Source of the DNA: an uncultured Planctomycetota bacterium | GTDB taxonomy: Bacteria; Planctomycetota; Planctomycetia; Pirellulales; PALSA-1355 | Assembly: GCA_963711515.1 (NCBI GenBank) | Contig: CAVQEL010000052.1 | Coordinates: 53,235 to 117,234, forward strand | Length of the DNA: 64,000 bases | Direction: 5' to 3' | Part shown: piece after piece, positions 10,688 to 21,603 of the stretch | Layout of the letters: each line of letters begins with the position of its first letter | Numbering within the stretch: the stretch's first letter is position 1 | Translations under genes and position numbers: made by a program | Notes under the pieces: generated by a model | Database searches by the model: none | Seen by the model: the letters and a program-made list of their open reading frames with translations, nothing else | What the model was told of the DNA's origin: nothing

Positions 10688-11775
10688 ATGGATACGTCCC
10701 CGCGATGGGGCGCCAGTGCGTCCATCAACGCTCGCACGCCGGTTCTCGCACTTTCACTGGCGGCTTGGCTTGCCCTGGCAGCCTGTCTCGCCGGCTGCCG
10801 CAGGGATCCGACGAATCCGTTTCTGGCCCACGACCCACGGCACGATGGCGCTTCCCCGGACGAAGTGGTGCCAGGCCCGCTGGCCGACTCGCTGGCACGC
10901 TTGAAACAACGGGGACACGAATTCCAGGATGCCGCCGCGCAAGCGACGGACGCCGCTCGCGGACTTGGCGACGACACCCGGGCCCTGGCCCAAGATGCCA
11001 CGACAGAAGTTCAAGCCTCTGCGACCGCGTCGCTCAACGAGGCCGAAGCACGCGGGCGACAGATGGCGGCCGATGCCGGCGCCCAGATGCAGGTCGAGGC
11101 CATCGAATCTCTCGAAGAGATGCCGCTGGAACAGGCCGGGCCGATTCTGCTGGTGGCCATGACCCAGGGTGGGCCGGTCGCGCGCGCGCGGCCGCCGAAC
11201 AGCTGGCGCGGCGCTGGCCGCCGGCCGCCGGTTTTCCGACCGACCTGGCTGCCGCCGACCGCGACCAGGCGCTGGCCGAGCTGCGCGGACGCTGGATCGA
11301 ACAATTCGGCCAAATCGACGAGGCGGTGGCCGCCACGCAGGCGCAGGCACAACGCATCGTCGACGGCGCCGGACAAGTCGTCGATAGCGCCACCGCCACG
11401 GTGCAAGACGCGCAGCAGCAGGTCGACGACTTGCGGCAGGTCGTGGCCTCGCTGCACAACGCGAATTTGCCCGGTGCCGCGCGGCAACGGCTGGCGACGT
11501 CGCTCGAACGGGCCGCCGGCGACGCCAATGCCGCCGTCCGCGCACAGGCCGCGCAGGCGATGGGGGAAGTCGGCGATCCGATCTTCCTTCCCGCGTTGAT
11601 GTCGCTGCTGAGCGACGAGCCCGACGTGCAGGTCGTGGCGCTGGCCAGCCTGCCACAAGTCGCCGGGCACGACGTCACGATGACCGACGACGGGCATCCA
11701 CTGAGCAACGACGAGAAAGCGCGCCTCTGGCAGCTCTGGTACCGCCAGCAACACGGAGTCGCGCAAGCGGAATGA
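10688..11775 (+). CDS. Lipoprotein with C-terminal HEAT-like repeats; apparent frameshift inside a (CG)n run at ~11180-11190
   Basis: Lipobox LALAACLAGC after ATG 10688. The reading switches from ORF 10682-11599 to ORF 10705-11775 at ..GGPVARA/RAAAEQLARRW... The C-terminal GEVGDPIFLPALMSLLSDEPDVQVVALASL is HEAT/PBS-like. Confidence 0.6.
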
Positions 11776-11890
11776 GGAATAAGCGCGGGGACTGGGGATC
11801 GGCCATTAGGGACGGTTGATCAAAACGGCCGGCCGCCGGCTCGCAAATCCGCGGCCATTCCCGATGGCTTGCCTCACGCCGCTTCGGGCG

Positions 11891-12397
11891 TCAGGCGGCG
11901 TACAGGCTCGCGCGGAATTGCACCGCCAACGCGTAGAGTCCAAAGAAGCCGGCCGTGAACAGCAGATCGCCTGCCAGCGAATTGGCCAGAAACGGCACGG
12001 CGGCCGCGAAGCAGCGCGACGCTCCTTCGGTCGTGTGTGGGTACCAGGCGTACCAGACCGCGGCGTTACTCAAAGTGAAAAACGTCAACGATGAGCAAGC
12101 CGCCCCACTGCCGACCGTAAGCGGCGACAGATCGCGCCGCAGCAGCGATCGCCAGGCGATCGGCAAGCTCTGCGACAAGTAAACCGCGGCCATCACCCCG
12201 CGCTCGTAGCCGCCGAGGAATTGATCGCTGATCACCAGCGCCGCCAAGGGCACGCACAGCGCCACCGTGCGATGACGGAAGTAGAAGCCGGCAAACAGCG
12301 CCGCCGCCGTGACGGCACCGAAGTTCGGAGTCGTGCTCACCAACCGCACGGCCACCGCCAGCCCCACCAGGGCACAAAACACCGCCGCGCCGATCAT
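11891..12397 (-). CDS. Small polytopic membrane protein, DUF6580-like (putative ECF-S-component-like vitamin transporter)
   Basis: ATG 12397 (MIGAAVF..). It has 5-6 hydrophobic spans and the N-terminal pattern ..TPNFGAVTAAALFAGFYF that I associate with DUF6580 (from memory). Confidence 0.55.
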   Translation of the reverse strand: MIGAAVFCALVGLAVAVRLVSTTPNFGAVTAAALFAGFYFRHRTVALCVPLAALVISDQFLGGYERGVMAAVYLSQSLPIAWRSLLRRDLSPLTVGSGAACSSLTFFTLSNAAVWYAWYPHTTEGASRCFAAAVPFLANSLAGDLLFTAGFFGLYALAVQFRASLYAA

Positions 12398-12495
12398 TTT
12401 GTCGCGTTTCACGTCACTCGACTCCAATGCCCGGAAAATGAGACGTCCGTTCGTGGATCGCACCAAAAACGAACCTGGACCTGCCAGCAACAATT

Positions 12496-12949
12496 CTACT
12501 CGTACTCTTTAAACTCCCACAAGACGCGATCGTCAGGCTCAAGCGCGTACGTGCCGGCGCCCACCTCGGCCGTCTTGCCATTGACCGCGTAGATCCAGTT
12601 CTTGCCGTTGCCCTGGTTCTTCAAATCTCCGATTTGCGTGACCAGGGCGTTGGCTCCTCTGCCACGCTGGACGAACTTGACGCCGTGCCGATGTTTTTGG
12701 GCGGCCGCCAGCGCGTCGACCGCGGTCATCCCTTTGCTCCACGGCAATGCGGTCAGATGGACCTGAGCACCGTCGCCGTAATCGACCACGAGGCTGACGG
12801 TCTTCATCTTGGGTTCGGCGGCCGCTAGCCGCGGTGCCGACCGGCAGCAGCCCGACCGCCAGGAGCATGACGGCCAACACCCAGACCCCCAACGCCCAGA
12901 CCGCACGTCGCGCCGCCAGTCGGTTGTGCTGTCGCCACTGATCCTGCAT
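12496..12949 (-). CDS. DUF4430 (transcobalamin-like) domain protein with N-terminal anchor; apparent frameshift at ~12828
   Basis: C-terminal part VSLVVDYGDG...VDAL...GDLKNQGNGKNWIYAVNGK...YALEPDDRVLWEF. The N-terminal anchor MQDQWRQHNRLAARRAVWALGVWVLAVMLLAVGLLPV lies in the frame of ORF 12539-13048. Confidence 0.6.
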
Positions 12950-13202
12950 CACAGCATCCCCCCCTTGGGACTTGCAAAACGCCTTGTAACATAGGGCCAT
13001 CGGTCGAATTGTCAAACCGGCACACCGGACCGCGAATGCCGACCGCACCGGAGGTCGCGAGTCGCCGGGGTCTTGTGGGCGCCCCGCAGCGGCGGTATCA
13101 ATAGGTTTTTGCGAGCTAGTGCACTTCCCCGCTGCTGCCGCGTGAGCGGGCTCTCCTCACAAACAAACTCCAGGTTGTCGCCAGGCAAAAGGTGAACGAA
13201 CT

Positions 13203-15348
13203 ATGGCCGACGCAGGCTACATGACTCTCAGCACCGAAGACAAAGACATCGCGGTGCTCACGCTCGACGATCCTCGCGGCAGCGCCAACGTGCTCTCCCG
13301 GGCCGTGCTGGAAGAACTCGAAAAGAACCTCGACGAGCTGGAAAAAGGCAAAGGCTTAGCGGGGCTCGTGATTCGCTCCGGCAAGCCGGGCGTGTTCATC
13401 GTGGGGGCCGACATCCGCGAGTTCGTGGCCAACATCGACGCCCCCAAGGATCAAATCGTCGAGATGTGCAACCACGGCCGCAAGCTGTTCCAACGGTTGT
13501 CGAAGCTGCCGTTTGTGACGGTGACGGCCATCGTCGGCCAGTGCGTCGGCGGCGGCGCCGAGTTGGCCCTGTGGTGCGATCGCCGCGTGATGTCCAGCGA
13601 CTCGAAGGCCGCCTACGGGTTCCCCGAGGTGAAGCTCGGCTTGCTGCCGGGCTGGGGAGGCACGGTGCGGTCGCCGCGCGTGCTGGGTCTGTCGAATGCC
13701 ATCGAGCTGGTCACTTCCGGCGAATCGATCGACGCCGTGGCAGCCCGCACGATGGGGCTCATCTCGGATCTCGTCCCCTCGGATCATTTGCTCGCCTCGG
13801 CCATCGCCGTCATTCGCAGTGAACAGAAGACCGGCCAGTGGAAGCGCGACCGCGCAGCTGTGGGACAAACCCGTCGACATCAGCGACACCGAATTGGGAT
13901 TCCTGGGCGCCACGGCTTCGGCCCTGATCCAGGGGCAAACCGGCGGGCAGTATCCCGCTCCGCAAGTGGCGCTCGAATTGATGCTCGAAGCGTCCGGCCA
14001 GGACGCCGACGCCGCCGGATTGGCCGAAGCCAAGGCCATGGCCAGCCTTTTCGGCAGCCCGGTCAACCGCTCGCTGATCAACGTCTTTCTGCTCACCGAC
14101 CGCAACAAGAAGGACACCGGCATCGACCGCAAGGACGTCAAGGCGGACAAAGTCGCCAGCGTGGCCGTCATCGGGGCGGGTATCATGGGCCAGGGGATCG
14201 CGGCCGCCACGCTCAAGCGGCAGATGCCCGTGATGTTGTCCGACGCCGTGACCGAGGCCCTGGCCAAGGGCGTCCAGCAGGTCCTCGAAGAGGTGTCCTA
14301 CGACAAAGCGACGAAAGGCCCCGACGCCAAGAAGGCCGTCAAATTTGCCGGCCTGCTCAATCCTGCCACGGTCGACGCCGAGATGGCGCCTTGCGATCTG
14401 GTGATCGAAGCGATCGTCGAAAATCCGGAAGTTAAGAAACAGCTTTACGCGCGGCTGGAGCCGCTGTTGAAGCCCGAGGCCATCCTGGCGTCGAACACGT
14501 CAACGATCCCGATTACCAAGCTGGCGCAGGGGCTCAAGCGGCCAGAGCGCTTCTGTGGCATCCACTTCTTCAACCCGGTGCGGCGGATGCCGCTGGTGGA
14601 AGTGATCCGGGGCGAAAAAACGAGCGACGAAACCGTGGCCACGGCCGTGGCCTACGCCAAATCGATCGGCAAGAGCCCGATCGTCGTGAACGACGGTCCT
14701 GGGTTCCTGGTCAACCGGTTGTTGCTGCCGTACATGAACGAAGCGCTGGAGCTGATTTCCGACGGCGCCGAGGTCAAGGCCATCGAGCGGGCCGCCAAGG
14801 AATTCGGCATGCCGATGGGTCCGATCACGCTCTACGATGTCGTGGGGCTGGACACGGCCTTTTACGCCGGCCGCGTGATGTACGAGGCGTTCCCCGACCG
14901 CACGGTGGGCTCGCCCATCCTGGGCGCGATGGTCAAGGCCGGCCGGCTGGGACAAAAGTCGGGGGCCGGCTTCTTTGCCTACAAAGATCCCCGCGGACGC
15001 GGCACGCCGGATCCTGCAGCCGACAAGATCGTCAAAACCTACGTCCGCAAGGAACAAAAGTTCACCGCCGAGCAAATCACCCACCGGCTGTTTCTGCCGA
15101 TGGTGCTCGAGGCGACGCGCATTCTCGAAGCCAAGGTGGTTCGCAACGTCCGCGACGTCGACTTGGGGCTGATCTTCGGCGTCGGCTTCCCGCCGTTCAA
15201 AGGGGGCCTGCTGTTCTGGGCTGATACGATCGGGGCTGGCAAGATCGTCGAATTGCTGGGGCCCTTGGAAAGCCTCGGCCCGCGGGCTCAGCCCACGCCG
15301 ATGCTGTTGGAAATGTCCAAGAGTGGCAAGAAGTTTTACGATCTGTAA
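13203..15348 (+). CDS. Fatty-acid oxidation multifunctional protein (enoyl-CoA hydratase + 3-hydroxyacyl-CoA dehydrogenase, FadB/FadJ type); apparent frameshift at ~13853
   Basis: Crotonase half (VIRSGKPGVFIVGADI, GGGAELALWCD, FPEVKLGLLPGWGG) in ORF 13203-14435. HAD half (VAVIGAGIMGQGIA, NTSTIPI, HFFNPV) in ORF 13696-15348. The frames join at ..QWKRDR/QLWDKPV... Confidence 0.9.
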
Positions 15349-15494
15349 GCCGAGGTTTCGCCAGTCGCGCGGCGGGGGCGAGACGCACCGGCTCGCACTT
15401 TCGCCCTGGCCGGGATGGATAGAATGGTACGTGCCGCGACGATGCCGCAACGGCGCCGTCCGCTCTCACTTCAAAACCGCGAGGTAGTTGGCCG

Positions 15495-16652
15495 ATGAAA
15501 CGCGCCGTGATTGTCGATTGCGTTCGTACGCCGGTTGGTCGGGCCCACAAGGACAAGGGGGTCTTTCGCGAGGTCCGCTCCGACGACCTGGCCGTGCAAG
15601 TCGTGCAGGCGCTGATCGAGCGGACGGGCATCAATCCCGACGAAGTCGAAGACGTCGTCCTGGGCAACACGCAGCAGCAGGGCGAACAGGGAATGAATGC
15701 CGCCCGCATCGTCAGCCTGATGGCCGGCCTGGCCACGCACACCGGCGGCACCACCGTCAACCGCTTGTGCGGCTCGAGCCTGCAAGCCATCAACCAGGCC
15801 TCGCACGCGATCATGGCCGGCTTCGAGGACGTGCAGATCGTCGGCGGGCTGGAACACATGCAGCACATTCCGATGGACGCCGGAGTGAATCTGAATCCAA
15901 AAATGTTCCACCGCACGTCCAAAGGCGCGCTGGCCATGGGTGTGACGGCCGAATTCCTCGCCCAGACGCAAGGCATCTCGCGCGAAGAGCAGGACAAATT
16001 CGCCCTGCGGAGCCACAAGCTGGCCTCTGAAGCCTGGAAGAAGGGTGAGTTCAAGCGCGAGATGGTTCCGGTCTACGGCCGCGATGAAGCGGGCAACCGC
16101 ATCCTGGTCGACTTCGACCAGTGCGTCCGCGCCGACGCCAGCATGGAGAGCCTGGCCGCGCTCAAGCCGGCCTTCATGCCCGGCATGGGCACCGTCACCG
16201 CCGGCAACAGTTCGCCGCTCAATGACGGGGCCGCCGCGCTGCTGGTCATGTCTGAAGACAAGGCCAAGGAGTTGGGCCTCAAGCCGATGGTGCGCGTCGT
16301 GGCCACGGCCGTCGTCGGCGTCGATCCGGCCGTGATGGGCACCGGCCCCGTGCCGGCCACGAAAAAAGCCCTCAAACGGGCCGGCATGCAGCTTGCGGAC
16401 ATCGACGTCATCGAGCTGAACGAGGCTTTTGCCAGCCAGGCCATCGCCTGTATGCGGATGCTCAAACTCGACGAATCGAAGGTGAACGTCCGCGGCGGCT
16501 CGGTGGCCATCGGCCACCCGCTGGGTGCCAGCGGTGCTCGCATCACGACCACGCTGGTCAACAACATGGTGGATCGCGGGGCGAATCTCGGCCTGGCCAC
16601 GATGTGTATCGGCGTGGGGCAGGGTATCGCCACGATTTTCGAGCGAGTCTAA
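15495..16652 (+). CDS. Acetyl-CoA C-acyltransferase (3-ketoacyl-CoA thiolase, FadA type)
   Basis: Intact 385-aa ORF with NRLCGSSLQA (active-site Cys), NEAFA and the C-terminal GLATMCIGVGQG. Confidence 0.9.
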   Translation: MKRAVIVDCVRTPVGRAHKDKGVFREVRSDDLAVQVVQALIERTGINPDEVEDVVLGNTQQQGEQGMNAARIVSLMAGLATHTGGTTVNRLCGSSLQAINQASHAIMAGFEDVQIVGGLEHMQHIPMDAGVNLNPKMFHRTSKGALAMGVTAEFLAQTQGISREEQDKFALRSHKLASEAWKKGEFKREMVPVYGRDEAGNRILVDFDQCVRADASMESLAALKPAFMPGMGTVTAGNSSPLNDGAAALLVMSEDKAKELGLKPMVRVVATAVVGVDPAVMGTGPVPATKKALKRAGMQLADIDVIELNEAFASQAIACMRMLKLDESKVNVRGGSVAIGHPLGASGARITTTLVNNMVDRGANLGLATMCIGVGQGIATIFERV

Positions 16653-16876
16653 CGTTCCGTTAAGCCGACCGGCGAGGGCGGCAGGCGCGTCGGATTCGCA
16701 CGCTTCGGTCACCCGTCATGCCGCGGCTTGCCAGAGGGTTGGAAAAAACCGTCGGCAAAGCTCGCGTGCGCGCCTACCAATCCGATTTTCCGCGTGATAT
16801 CTTGAGTTGCGGCGGGTCCCCCACTTCTTCCGCTGCGCCGCAGTCTCAGTTTCGCATTGTTCAGGCAGGAATCGCC

Positions 16877-18550
16877 ATGCACGACGTCAACACAGATACG
16901 ATCCCCGCGATGTTTGCCCGCCGCGTGGCGGCCGACGGCGACAAGCCTGCGCTTCATTTTCGCAAAGACGGAAACTTCACTTCGCTCAGTTGGAACGAGT
17001 TGGCCTCGCAAGCGCGGCGCATGGCCGCGGCACTTGTGAAGCTGGGCGTAAAGCCCGGCGACCGCGTCGTGCAAGCCTCGGAAAATCGCTACGAATGGAT
17101 CGTGCTCGACCTGGCCGTGCACATGGCTCGGGCCATTCACGTGGCCGTCCACTCGACGCTTACCGGACCGCAGATCGCCTGGCAGATCAGCAACTGCGGA
17201 GCAAAGCTGGTCGTGGTCTCCGGGCCCGAGCAGGCGCAAAAGCTGGCGGCCGCGGCGTCGCAACTTCCGAAGGGAGTGAAATTCGTTTCCTACGATCCCT
17301 GCGACGGCGAAATCGCCGGCCAGGCGATCGAGCCGCTGTCGAAGTACATGGCCGAAGTCACCGACGAAGAAGGCCGCAAGCTGGAGCAGCAAGCCCTCGA
17401 AAACACGACGCCCGACGATCTGGTCACGATCTTGTATACCTCTGGCACCACCGGCGAACCCAAAGGCGTGATGCTGTCGCACCGCAATCTGACGTCGAAT
17501 TGCCACGCCGTGATGTTGGCCTTTACGGTCGAGCCCGGCGACGTGCGATTGAGCTGGCTGCCGCTGTCGCACATCTTTGCCCGCACGAGCGACTACTACC
17601 TGTGGATTGCTGCCGGCGGCGAGCTGGCCCTCTCGGCCAGCCGCGAGACGATCATTCCCGATTGCCAGGAGATCAAGCCGCATTACCTCAACGGCGTGCC
17701 CTACTTTTTCGACAAAGTGATGCGCACCTTGCAGGAGAAGGGAGTCGCCGATGCACCCGGCGCCCTGCAGGCCCTGTTGGGCGGCCGCATGAAGATGTGT
17801 TGCGCCGGCGGCGCGGCCCTGGCCGATCACGTCAACGAATACTTCCTCAAGCACAACATCGTGCTCGTACAAGGCTATGGCCTCACGGAAAGCTCGCCCG
17901 TGATCAGCGTCGGCACGCAAGAGGACCACCGCGTGGGCACGGTCGGCAAGATGATCCAGGGCGTGGAAGTGAAGATCGCCGAAGACGGCGAGGTTCTGAC
18001 CCGCGGGCCGCACGTGATGGTCGGTTATTGGAACCTGCCGGAGGACACGGCCGAGACGATTCGAGACGGCTGGCTGCACACCGGCGACTTGGGAACGATC
18101 GAAGACGGCTTCCTCAAGATCACCGGACGCAAGAAGGAGTTGATCGTCACGGCCGGCGGCAAGAACATTGCCCCCAGCTACATCGAGGCGCTGTTGACGG
18201 CCGATCCGCTGATTATCCAGGCCATGGTCGTGGGGGACGCCAAAAAGTATCTGGCCGCCCTGATCGTGCCCGATCCGGACGTGTTGCGGGCCGAAATCAT
18301 CAAGCGACAGATTCCGGTGTTCACGCCGGAGCAGGCGCTGGCGCACCCGGACGTGCAGGCCCTGTATGCCCAGCGGATCAAAGAGCGGTTGGCCGACGTC
18401 TCGCACGCCGAGCAGGTGCAGAAGTTCACGCTTCTGTCGCGCGGCTTTACGCCGGAGACGGGCGAACTGACCTTCAAGCTGAGCCTGAAGCGCGAGGTGG
18501 CGATGCAGAACTTCGCCAAAGAAATTGACGCAATGTACAGTGACAATTAA
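16877..18550 (+). CDS. Long-chain fatty acid--CoA ligase (AMP-forming)
   Basis: ATG 16877. AMP-binding motif LYTSGTTGEPKGVMLSH, plus GYGLTESSP, TGDLG and GRKKELIVTAGGKNIAP. Confidence 0.9.
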   Translation: MHDVNTDTIPAMFARRVAADGDKPALHFRKDGNFTSLSWNELASQARRMAAALVKLGVKPGDRVVQASENRYEWIVLDLAVHMARAIHVAVHSTLTGPQIAWQISNCGAKLVVVSGPEQAQKLAAAASQLPKGVKFVSYDPCDGEIAGQAIEPLSKYMAEVTDEEGRKLEQQALENTTPDDLVTILYTSGTTGEPKGVMLSHRNLTSNCHAVMLAFTVEPGDVRLSWLPLSHIFARTSDYYLWIAAGGELALSASRETIIPDCQEIKPHYLNGVPYFFDKVMRTLQEKGVADAPGALQALLGGRMKMCCAGGAALADHVNEYFLKHNIVLVQGYGLTESSPVISVGTQEDHRVGTVGKMIQGVEVKIAEDGEVLTRGPHVMVGYWNLPEDTAETIRDGWLHTGDLGTIEDGFLKITGRKKELIVTAGGKNIAPSYIEALLTADPLIIQAMVVGDAKKYLAALIVPDPDVLRAEIIKRQIPVFTPEQALAHPDVQALYAQRIKERLADVSHAEQVQKFTLLSRGFTPETGELTFKLSLKREVAMQNFAKEIDAMYSDN

Positions 18551-18668
18551 AGATAGGGCCTCGTTGGCCCGCCCGGTCGTTTTTGCATAGAATATATCTA
18601 CCGAACGGTCGGAAGGTTTTGTATAACCGATGGGTCCGACCCGTCACCTTTCCCCTTGCGAGACAGAC

Positions 18669-20609
18669 ATGAATCCGCAGACCCAAGCTGAGCGGCACGG
18701 CGCGGCCGCCGAAGATCAGGACACCAAGGCCTCGTTCGCCGAAACGGCTTTGAAGCTGGGTGGCAAGAGCGACGACGAAGCGCGCCGCATGGGAGCCGTC
18801 GACAAGGCCGACGACCAGGTCGAAGAATTGTTCGCCAAACGCTTCCAGACCACCAACAGCCCGGTGCATCGGGCCGTCTGGGACCAGGAGTTGCCCGTCG
18901 AGCTGTTTCAAAGCAAGCAGGCACCGGCGCCGGCCGACGTGCAGAAAGTGATGGACGACTCGATCGAAGTGATGAGCAAGCACGCCCAGGCCGGTACCAA
19001 TCTGGACGAGAACCGCAAGGTTCCGCAGCACGTGCTCGACGAGTTGGGCGAAGCCGGTTACTGGGGATTGCTGGTTGACAAGAAGTACGGTGGGGCGGGT
19101 TCGCCGTTCGCCGCGTTTGCCGGCTTTCTGACGAAGATGGCCATGGTCGATGCCACCGTGGCCGGCCTGGCTTCGGTGCACGGCTGCATCGGCGCGGTCG
19201 ACCCGGTGCGCACGTTCGGCAGCGAAGAGCAGAAACAGAAGTTTCTGCCGGGTCTGGCCAGCGGCCAGCGGCTGAGTGCGTTTGCCCTGACCGAGCCGGG
19301 CGCCGGTTCCGACCTGACGGCCCTGCGGACCGAGGCCGTGCTCGACGGCAACGACTATGTGGTCAATGGCGAGAAGCTGTTCATCACCAACGTGGTGCCC
19401 GGTCGTACCGTCGGCCTGGTCTGCCTGATTAACAAGAAGCCCGCCGTGCTGGTCGTCGATCTGCCGAAGGAAGAAAACGAGCAGTTCCAGCTCCGCAAGT
19501 ATGGCCTGTACGCCCTGAAGCACACCTACAACCAGGGCATCATCTTCAAGGACCTGCGCGTCCCGGCCGAAAACCTGTTGAAGCCCACCCGTGGCGACGG
19601 TCTGACGATCGCCTATCACGGGCTAAACCTGGGGCGCGTCTCGCTGTGTGCCAACGCCGCCGGGACGATGCGGCTGATGATGGCCAGCATGATTCCCTGG
19701 GCCAAGTACCGCAAAACCTACGGCGCCGCGATTTCAACCCGCGAACTGGTGCAGCGCCGCCTGGGAAAAATCGCCGGGCTGATCGTGGCCTGCGACGCCT
19801 TGGTCCAGTGGGGCGGCGGACTGATCGACGAAGGCTACCGCGGCGAAATGGAATGCGTCATCGCCAAGGTGTTTGGCAGCGAGACCCAGAAGGAAGCCGC
19901 CATTGAGCTGTTGATGAAGACCCACGGCGGCCGCTCCTTCCTGCACGGCCACATCCTGGGCGACAACGTCCACGAGTACCTGGCCCCCTGCATCTACGAG
20001 GGGGAAGGCGAAATGCTTTCGATGGCCTTCTTCAAGTCCCTGGTCAAGCAGCACGGCACGCAATTCTTCGAACCCGTGGGCCGAGCCCTGCAAGCCGCGA
20101 AGATCAAGAAGCCGAACATGGCCAATCCGGCGCATCTCTGGGCCCTTAAGGGCGTCATGGTTCCCTACGCCAAGTGGCTGGCCGGCCAGTACATGCGTCC
20201 CAAGGCGCAGCCGAAACTGCCCAACATGCCCGAGAGCCTGCGGCGGCACGCCGACTTTGCCGTCCGCTTCCTGCAGCGTTCGCCGCGGGAAATCTCCGGC
20301 GCGATGAGCAAGCACCAACTGGGGCTGGCCGACCGGCAGTGCCGCATGTCGGAGCTGTCGCAGCGGCTGCAAGATGCCGTCACGATTCTGTGCACGTCGC
20401 TTTATGCCGCCAAGCAAAACGACGAAGTGATCCGCCAGGCGGCCGACGTCTTCTGCCAGGACCTGCATCGCAAGCTGACCGGCGAGCGCCCCAGCGATCG
20501 CTACTACCGCACGGTCACGAAGCTGGGCGAAGCGATCGTCGATGGTGGGTTCAAGTCGATCCAGGGCGTCTATGCCGGCGAAATCATGATGAAGTACGAC
20601 AACGCATAA
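18669..20609 (+). CDS. Large acyl-CoA dehydrogenase (FadE-like)
   Basis: ATG 18669. ACAD N-terminal, middle and C-terminal domain patterns (FALTEPGAGSD, GEKLFITN, KVFGSE, IYEGEGEM) plus a C-terminal extension. Confidence 0.8.
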   Translation: MNPQTQAERHGAAAEDQDTKASFAETALKLGGKSDDEARRMGAVDKADDQVEELFAKRFQTTNSPVHRAVWDQELPVELFQSKQAPAPADVQKVMDDSIEVMSKHAQAGTNLDENRKVPQHVLDELGEAGYWGLLVDKKYGGAGSPFAAFAGFLTKMAMVDATVAGLASVHGCIGAVDPVRTFGSEEQKQKFLPGLASGQRLSAFALTEPGAGSDLTALRTEAVLDGNDYVVNGEKLFITNVVPGRTVGLVCLINKKPAVLVVDLPKEENEQFQLRKYGLYALKHTYNQGIIFKDLRVPAENLLKPTRGDGLTIAYHGLNLGRVSLCANAAGTMRLMMASMIPWAKYRKTYGAAISTRELVQRRLGKIAGLIVACDALVQWGGGLIDEGYRGEMECVIAKVFGSETQKEAAIELLMKTHGGRSFLHGHILGDNVHEYLAPCIYEGEGEMLSMAFFKSLVKQHGTQFFEPVGRALQAAKIKKPNMANPAHLWALKGVMVPYAKWLAGQYMRPKAQPKLPNMPESLRRHADFAVRFLQRSPREISGAMSKHQLGLADRQCRMSELSQRLQDAVTILCTSLYAAKQNDEVIRQAADVFCQDLHRKLTGERPSDRYYRTVTKLGEAIVDGGFKSIQGVYAGEIMMKYDNA

Positions 20610-20657
20610 GTATTCGCCGCCGCCGAGACCGCGAGCCTAGGCTCGCTTTGATTGCTG

Positions 20658-20700
20658 AAACGGGGGTGAGTCATTGCGATGCTCACCCCCGTTTCTTATT
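20658..20700 (+). terminator. Rho-independent terminator after the acyl-CoA dehydrogenase gene
   Basis: Perfect 13-bp stem AAACGGGGGTGAG / CTCACCCCCGTTT (20658-20670 and 20682-20694) with an 11-nt loop and a T-rich tail. A second palindrome, GCGAGCC-TA-GGCTCGC, lies at ~20629-20644. Confidence 0.7.
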
Positions 20701-20801
20701 GCGCTTTCGAAGTCGCGCGGCCGGCAGCTTGACGCGTTCGCCGCCAGCCGGACAATAACGGTCGAAGTCGTTTCGTTCACAAGCGGACAAGGGTTCGTGC
20801 G

Positions 20802-21541
20802 GTGGCAAAGTTCGCGGTCATTCTGCCGGCGGCGGGGCGCAGCAGCCGGTTTCACGACAAAAACTACAAGAAGCCGTTTGCCCCCCTGGCAAACAAGGCC
20901 GTGTGGCTCCATTCGGCCGAGAAGTTCGTCAACCGGCCCGACGTCAAGCAGATGATCGTTGTCGTTTCGCCCGAGGACCGGGAGTACTTCCAGTTCAAGT
21001 TCTCGGCCAACACCACGATCCTGGGCATCGAAGTCGTGGAAGGCGGCGCCGAGCGGACCGATTCGGTGTCCAAGGCCTTGGCCCGGGTCAAACCCGACGT
21101 CGACTACGTCTGCATTCACGACGCGGCGCGGCCGTGCATCGCCGACGAGTGGATCTCCGAAGTGTTTGCCGCCGCGGAAAAGTCCGGCGCCGCGATCTGC
21201 GCCATTCCCGTCGCCGGCACGCTCAAGCGGGTCGGAGCGAACCATAAAATCGAGGAGACCATCTCGCGCACGGGCTGTGGGAAGCCCAGACCCCGCAGGT
21301 CTTCAGCCGGCAGCTATTGCTCGAGGCCCACGCCAAGCGGGGCGATTTTCCGGCCACCGACGACGCGCAACTGGTCGAACGTCTCGGCCACACGGTCACC
21401 GTCGTCACCGGTTCGACCATCAATTTGAAGATCGCCACCCGCGAAGATCTGCGGCTGGCCGAGCAGGCGCTCAAAGCGCTGCCCAAGCCGAAACTGGCCG
21501 GCCCGGGCCATCCGTTTGCCGACGACGACATGTGGCGCTAG
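20802..21541 (+). CDS. ispD: 2-C-methyl-D-erythritol 4-phosphate cytidylyltransferase; apparent 1-nt deletion at ~21273
   Basis: GTG 20802. [12 protein letters not shown] and IHDAARPC motifs. The reading continues from ORF 20802-21428 into ORF 21317-21541 at ..[15 protein letters not shown].., which is the canonical IspD block. Confidence 0.85.
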
Positions 21542-21603
21542 GGGACCGGGATGCCGATTCCCGCGGCGGCCTAATTAGCGAACCGGGTTGGGAAGGAACA
21601 GCG

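Noticed and set aside
12950-13200. Cobalamin riboswitch upstream of the DUF4430 gene
   Set aside because: Only a GGGGAAGTG fragment resembles the aptamer. The GGTG.AA.TCC, CCCGC.ACTG and B12-box elements are not present in recognisable order.
13203-20609. Beta-oxidation block as something unusual
   Set aside because: This is a standard FadB-like / thiolase / acyl-CoA ligase / acyl-CoA dehydrogenase arrangement. The only oddity is the frameshift, already attributed to sequence error.
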